DNA of 64,000 nucleotides from an uncultured Eubacteriales bacterium (lineage in GTDB: Bacteria > Acidobacteriota > Aminicenantia > Aminicenantales > Aminicenantaceae). Both the position numbers and the translations under genes were made by a program. Positions 56,813 to 64,000 of this stretch are shown in pieces (positions within the stretch are counted from its first letter, which is position 1; the number at the start of each line of letters is the position of its first letter). The stretch is taken from NCBI GenBank assembly GCA_964433135.1, contig CAYSQW010000010.1, positions 15,758-79,757 on the forward strand, given 5' to 3'. The notes under the pieces are model-generated. The model ran no database searches. It was not told the origin of the DNA and saw nothing but the letters and a program-made list of their open reading frames with translations.

Positions 56813-58225
56813 TCACCTGCCTGCCCGTTCCATTCCCGTATCGGCGGTATTCCGGTCCTCGGATTTCAAATCCAGCTTCTCTATCAGGTAGCGCAGCGAC
56901 CTGTAATTGATGCCCAGCATCAAAGCGGTTTTCTTGAGACTGCCCCCTGAATTCTGGAGAGCCTGACGCACAAAATTCCGGGTGAGCTGATCCAGAGTCT
57001 CATTCAGGTTGAAACCGGGTTTGATTTCAACCTCCGATGCCTGAGGCTGGCTGGGTCTGAGCAGTTCTTCCGGCAGGCTTTTCTCGGTTATCGTTTCCCG
57101 CTCTTCGATGGCGACGATCCGCTCCACGACGTTCTCCAACTCGCGCACATTGCCGGGCCATGCGTATGCTTCAAAGATACGAATAACTTCGGGCGCAAGC
57201 CTTTTCATCCTTCGATCCATTTTGGCGCAGTATTTTTCAAGGAAATGCGAGACCAGAAGCGGGATGTCCTCCTTGCGTTTCCGCAGGGGCGGGATCTCCA
57301 GGGAGATGACGTTCAAACGATAGAAAAGGTCTTCCCGGAATATCCCCTCAGCGATCTTCTGCTTCAAATCCTGGTTGGTTGCGGCAATAATACGTACATC
57401 CACGAAAATTTCATCGTTTCCTCCCACCCGCCGGATAGTGCGCTCCTGGAGAGTACGAAGCAGCTTGACTTGAGTCCATGGCGACATCTCCCCGACTTCA
57501 TCCAGAAAAAGCGTGCCTTTTTCCGCCACTTCGAACATGCCTTTCTTATTGGCGATCGCCCCGGTAAAAGAGCCTTTCATGTGTCCGAAAAGCTCGCTCT
57601 CGAGTAGATTTTCCGGAAGCGCACTGCAGTTGAGAGAGACGAAAGCCCGGCCGCGGCGGCGGCTGCTGAGGTAAATCGCCCGGGCCGCCATTTCTTTTCC
57701 CGTCCCGCTTTCACCGGTGATGAGGACGGTGGAATCCGTTACCGCGATCTTATCGATCAGCGCATACAGATCACGCATTACCTTGCTTTTTCCCACCATG
57801 TTTTCATACCGGCTTTTTTCGTCCAATTCCTTTTTCAGATAGAGGTTCTCCTGCTTCAGCCTTCTTTGCTCCATCCCCTGCGCCACAATGATTTTCAATT
57901 CCTCCACGTTGAAGGGTTTGACGACGTAGTCGAGAGCTCCGGCCTTCAAGGCATCGACGGCCTGCTTGATGGTTCCATAGGCCGTAATCATAATAACGGG
58001 AATATCCGGCCTTTTCTTCCTGACGCGCTTAAGAACCTCCATGCCGGAAATCTGAGGGATTTTGATGTCCGTCAAAATCAGATCATAGTCCCCGTTTTTC
58101 TCGAGAGCTTCCAGCGCCTTGGACGAGGACAGAAAAACATCCACATCATATCCTTCTTTTTTAAAGACGACCTCCAGCAAGTCCAAGAGGCTTTTTTCAT
58201 CATCAATCACTAGTATTTTTTCCAT
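56813..58225 (-). CDS. pilR: Sigma-54-dependent response regulator (NtrC family, PilR-like)
   Basis: REC domain (DLILTDIKIP), AAA+ sigma-54 activator (GESGTGKE, GAFTGA-like GSFTGA, ESELFGH) and a C-terminal Fis-type HTH. Confidence 0.88.
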   Translation of the reverse strand: MEKILVIDDEKSLLDLLEVVFKKEGYDVDVFLSSSKALEALEKNGDYDLILTDIKIPQISGMEVLKRVRKKRPDIPVIMITAYGTIKQAVDALKAGALDYVVKPFNVEELKIIVAQGMEQRRLKQENLYLKKELDEKSRYENMVGKSKVMRDLYALIDKIAVTDSTVLITGESGTGKEMAARAIYLSSRRRGRAFVSLNCSALPENLLESELFGHMKGSFTGAIANKKGMFEVAEKGTLFLDEVGEMSPWTQVKLLRTLQERTIRRVGGNDEIFVDVRIIAATNQDLKQKIAEGIFREDLFYRLNVISLEIPPLRKRKEDIPLLVSHFLEKYCAKMDRRMKRLAPEVIRIFEAYAWPGNVRELENVVERIVAIEERETITEKSLPEELLRPSQPQASEVEIKPGFNLNETLDQLTRNFVRQALQNSGGSLKKTALMLGINYRSLRYLIEKLDLKSEDRNTADTGMERAGR

Positions 58226-58246
58226 TAATTTCTCGCTTATTGCTTT

Positions 58247-59503
58247 TCACATAAGACGGGGGAGCGTGATCCTAACTTCCGTTCCCTGACCGGGGACGGA
58301 ATCCACCTTGATCTCACCGCCGTATTCACCGACGATCCTGTGCACAACCGCCATCCCTATACCTTTGCCGTTCTCAAATCCGGTGTAAAAGGTTTTGAAG
58401 ATGTTCTCCCGTTCTTCTTCACTCATCCCGACACCCGTATCCTTGAACCGCATCTCGACTCCTCCCGGCGCATGCTGGATAAAGTCGATGGTCAACACGC
58501 CTCCATCCGGCATGGCTTTGATGGCGTTTTTAAGCAGGTTCCAGTAGATCTGCTTAAACTGATCACGGTTCCCGAAACACTTCAAGCGGGAATTTCTGAA
58601 ATTACCTTCGAGGCGGCACTTTCCATCAAGCTCCCCGCTTCTCTGCAACAAGATGATGGTTTCTTCCAGAACGGGAGAGATCTCAATAGAACTCAGGGTC
58701 TGATCCCCGGGAGAGGCCAGACTGAGAAATTGTTCGATGGAACGGGAAATCCGGGAGGATTCGTTGACGATGATGTCCATAAGCCTCCTCTGCTCGCCTT
58801 CCGGATTCAGCTCGTTTCGAAGGACTTGGACCGAACCGGAGATCGCCGCCAGCGGATTCCGAATCTCATGGGCCAGTTGAGCGGAGACCTCGCCAGCGAC
58901 GGCCAGGTTCTTTTTGACTTCGAGTTCTTTGCTCATTCGCCCCAATTCCGCCCGGGTTTTTTTTAAGCTCCCGGTAAGGAAATTGACCAAAAAAGCAACC
59001 AGAAAAAAAACGGCCCAAGCGATGATGATATTGTTGATAACGCCGGCCAAGGAAATCGACTCGGACATCTCAGAATCTATATAAGGGATGATACCGAAGT
59101 AAAGCCCGTCTACCAGAAGACTGAAAAATACGGCAGAGAAAGAGGCGACCAGGTAAGCGGCTCGCGCGGAGATAACGACGCTGGCGCCGATGATCCCGAA
59201 TATATAGAGGATATAAAAAGAGCCCCGGATGCCCCCCGAGATATAGACCAATGCCGTTATCAGGAAGAGATCGACGATGATTTGAATATATGCCAACAAC
59301 TCATATCGCCGAGAGAAAAAGAACAGAAGGAGATAAACGACCGATACTCCATAAAAAATCAGAACCAGCAGGTAAAAAGTCGTAAGCGGCAGAAATGTGG
59401 CTGTGCTGAACTGGAGTATGATCACCGAAGAAAGGACCAGGGAAGTGACAACGATCAACCTGAGAATAATGAACCAGAGAACGGCTCTTTTTTTCGTTTC
59501 CAT
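58247..59503 (-). CDS. pilS: Sensor histidine kinase with polytopic N-terminus (PilS-like)
   Basis: About six TM helices, an H-box SAQLAHEIRNPLAAI, and N/G boxes (NLLKNAIKAM, DTGVGM, GKGIGM). Confidence 0.82.
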   Translation of the reverse strand: METKKRAVLWFIILRLIVVTSLVLSSVIILQFSTATFLPLTTFYLLVLIFYGVSVVYLLLFFFSRRYELLAYIQIIVDLFLITALVYISGGIRGSFYILYIFGIIGASVVISARAAYLVASFSAVFFSLLVDGLYFGIIPYIDSEMSESISLAGVINNIIIAWAVFFLVAFLVNFLTGSLKKTRAELGRMSKELEVKKNLAVAGEVSAQLAHEIRNPLAAISGSVQVLRNELNPEGEQRRLMDIIVNESSRISRSIEQFLSLASPGDQTLSSIEISPVLEETIILLQRSGELDGKCRLEGNFRNSRLKCFGNRDQFKQIYWNLLKNAIKAMPDGGVLTIDFIQHAPGGVEMRFKDTGVGMSEEERENIFKTFYTGFENGKGIGMAVVHRIVGEYGGEIKVDSVPGQGTEVRITLPRLM

Positions 59504-59615
59504 ATGCCCGTGTTTCTTTCCTTAAATTCTCGTCAACGGCTCGAACAGAGCCTCCATCCGCTCCGCTTTCGGATTGGTTTCTTGATTGTGTTAAGCCGAA
59601 GGAATCCGCGCCCCG

Positions 59616-60818
59616 TCAGAGTTCCGCAAGCAGGCTGAAAATAGGCAGGTACATGGAAACGACGATCGCTCCCACCATCCCTCCGACAAAAATGAGCAGA
59701 ACCGGTTCCAGGACGGAAAGCAGCGCCGAAACGGCGGCCTCGACTTCATCGTCGTAGAAATCAGCCAGTTTCATAAGCATCTCATCGAGAGTTCCGGTCG
59801 CTTCGCCCACTCCGATCATCTGGATCAGCATGAATGGAAAATGTTTGGTTTCCTTGAATGCCTCGGTCAGACTCGAGCCTCCGGCCACGAGGCTCCTGGA
59901 TCGCATGATGTTCTCTTCGACAATCACATTTCCAGAGGTCGAAGAAGTGATCTTAAGGCTTTCCAGCATGGGGACGCCTCCCGACAGCAAGGTGCTCAAC
60001 GTACGGGTGACCCGGGACAAACCGACCTTGGAGAGCAGGCTCCCGAAAAGAGGCACTTTGAGCAGAATCCGATCCACGACTTTTCTCCCGTATTCAGTAC
60101 GCCGGAAGTACCTGAAACCGACGACCAAGACGATAGCACCGACCACTATCAGCAACATATAGTTCTGAAGAAAACGGGAAAGGGCCATAATGAATGCCGT
60201 CAGAGCGGGCAGAGTTGCGCCCAATTCAATGAAAATCCCGGCAAAGACCGGAATGACCTTCCACAGCATGAAGATGCATACAAGAATGGAGAACCCCACG
60301 ATGACCGAGGGGTAAACCATGGCTTGGCGGACCTGCGACCGCAGTTTGACGATGCTTTCTAAGAATTCCGCAAGCCGACGCAACATGATATCCAATGATC
60401 CGCTCTGCTCTCCAGATGCCACCAGATTGCAGTACAGGTCATCGAATACTCTTGGGAATTTTCTTTTCGCCTGATTGAGCGTGGAACCGGCCTCAACATC
60501 TTCGCGGACATCCTGAATCACCTGTTTGAAATACTTGTTTTTCGTCTGCTCCGAAAGGATGTTCAAACTTTGGATCAGGGGCAGCTCGGCATCTATGAGA
60601 ACGGACAACTGGCGGCTGTAAACAGCCAGTTCCTTTGCCTTGACCTTCTGCCGCGTCAAAAAAGGGATTTTTAATTCGGCCCCTTTTCGGGTGATTTCCT
60701 CGACCGATATCTGTTCTCTTTGAAGACTTTGGGCAAGGCCATCCTCGTCCCGGGCGACCCGGCGCCCTTCAACGGAATCGCCATAACGATTTTTCCCTTT
60801 CCAAAAATAAACCGGCAT
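59616..60818 (-). CDS. pilC: Type IV pilus assembly platform protein PilC (GspF family)
   Basis: 400 aa with a duplicated GspF domain and three TM segments. Located between pilT and pilS. Confidence 0.88.
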   Translation of the reverse strand: MPVYFWKGKNRYGDSVEGRRVARDEDGLAQSLQREQISVEEITRKGAELKIPFLTRQKVKAKELAVYSRQLSVLIDAELPLIQSLNILSEQTKNKYFKQVIQDVREDVEAGSTLNQAKRKFPRVFDDLYCNLVASGEQSGSLDIMLRRLAEFLESIVKLRSQVRQAMVYPSVIVGFSILVCIFMLWKVIPVFAGIFIELGATLPALTAFIMALSRFLQNYMLLIVVGAIVLVVGFRYFRRTEYGRKVVDRILLKVPLFGSLLSKVGLSRVTRTLSTLLSGGVPMLESLKITSSTSGNVIVEENIMRSRSLVAGGSSLTEAFKETKHFPFMLIQMIGVGEATGTLDEMLMKLADFYDDEVEAAVSALLSVLEPVLLIFVGGMVGAIVVSMYLPIFSLLAEL

Positions 60819-60834
60819 ATCTCACCTCATTTGC

Positions 60835-61953
60835 TTATTTCTTCGCCTGGCCCGGATTGAAGCGTCGTTCCGTAACTCTCAGACCTTCTTTCCTCTGGAT
60901 TATATCCGTCAGTTCCTCGGGTTTCGAGGTCACGTTCATGGCCGTCTCCAGCGTGATCTTCTTTTTAAAATACAAGCTGGCCAGAGACTGGTTGAACGTC
61001 TGCATCCCGTATTTCTCCTGCCCCATCTGCATGGCGGCATATATCTGATGAATCTTGTTTTCTCGAATCAGGTTTCGGATCGCGGAATTCGGAATCAGGA
61101 TTTCCATCGCCAGAACTCTTCCTTGACCGTCCGCACGGGGAAGGAGGGACTGCGTGATCACCGCCTCCAAGCTCATGGAGAGCATGATGCGTATCTGAGT
61201 CTGGTATGTCGACGGAAAAATGTCAATGATTCGGGAGATGGTTTCAGAGGCCGAATTGGTATGCAGGGTGGAAAATGTCAGGTGACCGGTTTCCGCCACC
61301 CGCAGGCAGGCTTCCACGGTTTCTAAATCGCGCATTTCGCCCACCAGAACGACGTCGGGATCTTCACGCAGAACCGAACGCAGGGCATTGGGATAGGAAA
61401 GGGTATCGACAAACAATTCTCTCTGATTGATGATGGATTTTTTGGGCGTAAAATAATATTCAATCGGATCTTCTATGGTAACGATATGGACGGATCGCTC
61501 CCGGTTGACATGGTCAACCATGCAGGCCAGGCTTGTCGATTTGCCGCACCCCGTGGGACCGGTGACCAGAACCAGCCCGCGAGGCAAATAGCAGAGTTTA
61601 GCCAGTCGCTGTGGAATCCCCAATTGAGGAAAACTCCACATGACGGGCAGAAATCTCCGGAAGGCGGCGGCAACGGACCCCTTCTGCATGAATACATTCC
61701 CGCGGAAACGTCCCAGATCTTTCATCCCGAAAGAGAAGTCCAACTCCATTTTTTCTTCAAACTGTTTCTTTTGGCGGTCCGTCAGCAGGCTGTAAACGAT
61801 GGTTTTGGTTTCCGCCGGCGTGAGCGGGGGATGGTCCAGGGAGACCAACTCTCCGTGTACCCGGATACGTGGCGGAACGTGTGTCGTCACGTGAAGATCG
61901 CTGGCATCTCGATCCACGGCGATCTGCAGTAATTCCTGTATGGTTATGGCCAT
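60835..61953 (-). CDS. pilT: Twitching motility retraction ATPase PilT
   Basis: Walker A GPTGCGKST, Asp box, Walker B DPDVVLVGEMRD, His box FSTLHTN and AIRNLIRE motif. Confidence 0.92.
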   Translation of the reverse strand: MAITIQELLQIAVDRDASDLHVTTHVPPRIRVHGELVSLDHPPLTPAETKTIVYSLLTDRQKKQFEEKMELDFSFGMKDLGRFRGNVFMQKGSVAAAFRRFLPVMWSFPQLGIPQRLAKLCYLPRGLVLVTGPTGCGKSTSLACMVDHVNRERSVHIVTIEDPIEYYFTPKKSIINQRELFVDTLSYPNALRSVLREDPDVVLVGEMRDLETVEACLRVAETGHLTFSTLHTNSASETISRIIDIFPSTYQTQIRIMLSMSLEAVITQSLLPRADGQGRVLAMEILIPNSAIRNLIRENKIHQIYAAMQMGQEKYGMQTFNQSLASLYFKKKITLETAMNVTSKPEELTDIIQRKEGLRVTERRFNPGQAKK

Positions 61954-61955
61954 TC

Positions 61956-63689
61956 TTATACCTCCATGTCCTTTACGGTCTCACGCAGAACTTCTTCCAC
62001 GGAAGTGATGCCTTGTTTTATCTTGGTCAATCCGCTCATTCGAAGAGTCATCATTCCCTGGCTCATCGCGACGCGTTTGATCTCCTTGGATGCCCCCCGT
62101 GCCAGGATCAGATCCCGGATCTCATCGGTGACCTGCATAATTTCGAACAAACCGACACGGCCTTTATACCCGGTATTGTTGCAATCCGGACATCCGTACG
62201 GCTTATAGATTTTAACCTTTTGCGCTTCTTGGGTTGAGTATCCGATGTCCACCAGGGCTTCCGGAGTCAGATTGTGCTTCACCCGGCATTTCTTACATAA
62301 CCTTCTCACCAACCGCTGCGCTACGATGAGATGGACCGAATCGGCCACCAGGAACGGTTCGATATCCATGTTCACCAGACGAACGACCGTGCTGGCGGCA
62401 TCGTTGGTATGAACGGTGGAAAAGACCAAGTGCCCCGTCAAGGCCGCTTTGATTGCGATATCGACGGTTTCGTGATCCCGCATCTCTCCCACCAGCATGA
62501 TATCCGGATCCTGCCGAAGGAAGCTGCGCAGGGATGATGAAAAGTTCAATCCGATCTCATCTCGGATATTAACCTGATTGATCCCGGGGATATAGAATTC
62601 GACGGGATCTTCCGCCGTCATGATGTTCTTCTCCATGGAATTGATCGACGAGATCGCCGAATAGAGAGTGTTTGTCTTGCCGCTGCCCGTGGGACCCGTA
62701 ACCAAGATGATCCCCCAAGGCTTGACGATGCTCTGTTTCATGATTTCCAGGGATTCTTTCTCGAAGCCGAGTTGGGAAAGATCCAGCTTCAGCATTTCCT
62801 TATCCAGGATACGAACGACAATTTTTTCACCGAATATCGCAGGCACGCTGGAAACACGCATATCGACTTCCTTGCGGTTCCCATTCTCCATTTTTACGCG
62901 CATCTTGATACGGCCGTCCTGCGGCAGCCTCTTTTCGGCGATATCCATATTGGAAAGGATCTTGACCCGGGAGATTACGGGATTTTTAAATTTCATCGCC
63001 AGGTTCATCATCTCATACAGCGTGCCGTCGAGGCGGTAGCGGATGCGGAATGCTTTCTCATAAGGCTCGAAATGAACATCACTGGCACCCTTCTTGATGG
63101 CGTCGATAAAAACCGTGTTCACGAGAGTGATGATCGGAGCTTCCTCGGTGGAATGAACCAATTCCTCGATATCGTAATCTTCCTCATCCTCTTCAATAAT
63201 ATTGACGCTGGTGTCTTCCGCCTGCTCGATTTCATCGACGATCTGCTTGACGCGTAGAGAATCCGATGATCCGTAATACTTATTGATGGCATTCATGATG
63301 CCTGTTTCGGAAGCGATGACGGGTTGGATGCTCAGTCCGGTCCGGAAACGGATATCCTCGATAACATCCAGGTCCGTGGGATCGACCATGGCAAGCGTCA
63401 GGAAAGACCGGATGCGGTGGATCGGCATGATGAGATAATTCTTTGCGATCTCAACCGGGATCAGATTGATCACATCGGGATACACTTCGAATTGATCCAG
63501 GTTTATATAAGGATATCCCAACTGCCGACTGAGAGCCTGCGCCATCTCCTCTTCGGAGATAAAACCCAAACTCACGATAGCCGTCGGCGTAGTGACTTCA
63601 TTTTTTTTCTGGAATTCCAAAACCGTCTTCAACTGGTCGGAATCCAACAGCTTTTCTTGCAGAAGCAACTCACCTAAATTAGATCCCAT
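61956..63689 (-). CDS. pilB: Type IV pilus assembly ATPase PilB (GspE family)
   Basis: N-terminal MshEN/T2SSE_N domain, Walker A GPTGSGKTN, and a tetracysteine motif (CKKC...CPDC). Confidence 0.92.
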   Translation of the reverse strand: MGSNLGELLLQEKLLDSDQLKTVLEFQKKNEVTTPTAIVSLGFISEEEMAQALSRQLGYPYINLDQFEVYPDVINLIPVEIAKNYLIMPIHRIRSFLTLAMVDPTDLDVIEDIRFRTGLSIQPVIASETGIMNAINKYYGSSDSLRVKQIVDEIEQAEDTSVNIIEEDEEDYDIEELVHSTEEAPIITLVNTVFIDAIKKGASDVHFEPYEKAFRIRYRLDGTLYEMMNLAMKFKNPVISRVKILSNMDIAEKRLPQDGRIKMRVKMENGNRKEVDMRVSSVPAIFGEKIVVRILDKEMLKLDLSQLGFEKESLEIMKQSIVKPWGIILVTGPTGSGKTNTLYSAISSINSMEKNIMTAEDPVEFYIPGINQVNIRDEIGLNFSSSLRSFLRQDPDIMLVGEMRDHETVDIAIKAALTGHLVFSTVHTNDAASTVVRLVNMDIEPFLVADSVHLIVAQRLVRRLCKKCRVKHNLTPEALVDIGYSTQEAQKVKIYKPYGCPDCNNTGYKGRVGLFEIMQVTDEIRDLILARGASKEIKRVAMSQGMMTLRMSGLTKIKQGITSVEEVLRETVKDMEV

Positions 63690-63703
63690 CGTCGTGAATC
63701 CCT

Positions 63704-63732
63704 ACATTAAAAAATATGACATTTTTTGTCAA
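63704..63732 (-). promoter_or_regulatory. Candidate sigma-70 promoter of pilB (TTGACA-17-TAATGT)
   Basis: Minus strand: TTGACA (63727-63732), 17 nt A/T-rich spacer, TAATGT (63704-63709), 14 nt before ATG 63689. Confidence 0.35.
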
Positions 63733-64000
63733 CACCAAAACAATAAAAACATCGCCGTTGAGCGCGGAGCCATGACTTTCATTCACCGTTTCTATTCGCA
63801 TCTCAGACCCATTTCAAAAGTGCCTCCATCATCCCAGATAGAACGTTCGCCGTCAATCACCATGAGGGAGGATTCCCGGGGTGATATTCCTCTTGATCCT
63901 ATCACCTTTAAAGGCGATCCTTCCATTGTTTAGCGATGAGACGAATGAAAATTTTTACGGGATTCATAATAAAGTTTTTACAAATACCCCTTACATCTCT

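Noticed and set aside
63792-63926. 44-codon ORF on the minus strand upstream of pilB (MEGSPLKVIGSRGISPRESSLMVIDGERSIWDDGGTFEMGLRCE)
   Set aside because: It has no Shine-Dalgarno, no recognisable motif or hydrophobic segment, and lies in AT-rich promoter DNA. The evidence for a gene is insufficient.

Overview
This 64 kb window looks like ordinary core chromosome from a diderm bacterium, with roughly 50-55% GC by eye. About 60 tightly packed protein genes cover almost all of it. I saw no rRNA, tRNA, CRISPR array, transposase, integrase or prophage signature. All calls come from reading the supplied translations and the DNA by eye; no searches were run.

Gene content in order:
- a uvrA 5' fragment and a divergent MrfA/YprA-type DEXH helicase with a DUF1998 domain
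- trkA and trkH
- a complete tolQ-tolR-tolA-like-tolB-pal-cpoB cluster, then ssb
- a long minus-strand block: recJ, a fused LptC/LptA-like protein, lptB, rpoN, hpf, ptsN, hprK, rapZ, EIIA-Man, HPr and EI. This is a regulatory PTS with no permease.
- ftsY-ribD-ribE-ribBA
- dtd and murJ, rpsT, and leuS-lptE-holA
- eno, a stand-alone acyl-CoA mutase large subunit, an M20 amidohydrolase and comEC
- lpxK, an lpxL-like gene, rph, a UDP-glucuronate decarboxylase plus a GT2 glycosyltransferase, and a flotillin
- an aspartate aminotransferase fused to a degenerate PEPCK-like domain, directly upstream of an intact ATP-PEPCK
- gmhA and plsC
- a Geobacter/Myxococcus-style pilB-pilT-pilC-pilS-pilR-pilin-pilin cluster

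The pilin cluster has a near-consensus sigma-54 promoter, and a strong terminator separates the two pilin paralogs.

The most unusual item is the aminotransferase/pseudo-PEPCK fusion next to pckA. The other findings are architectural or regulatory oddities of moderate to low interest.
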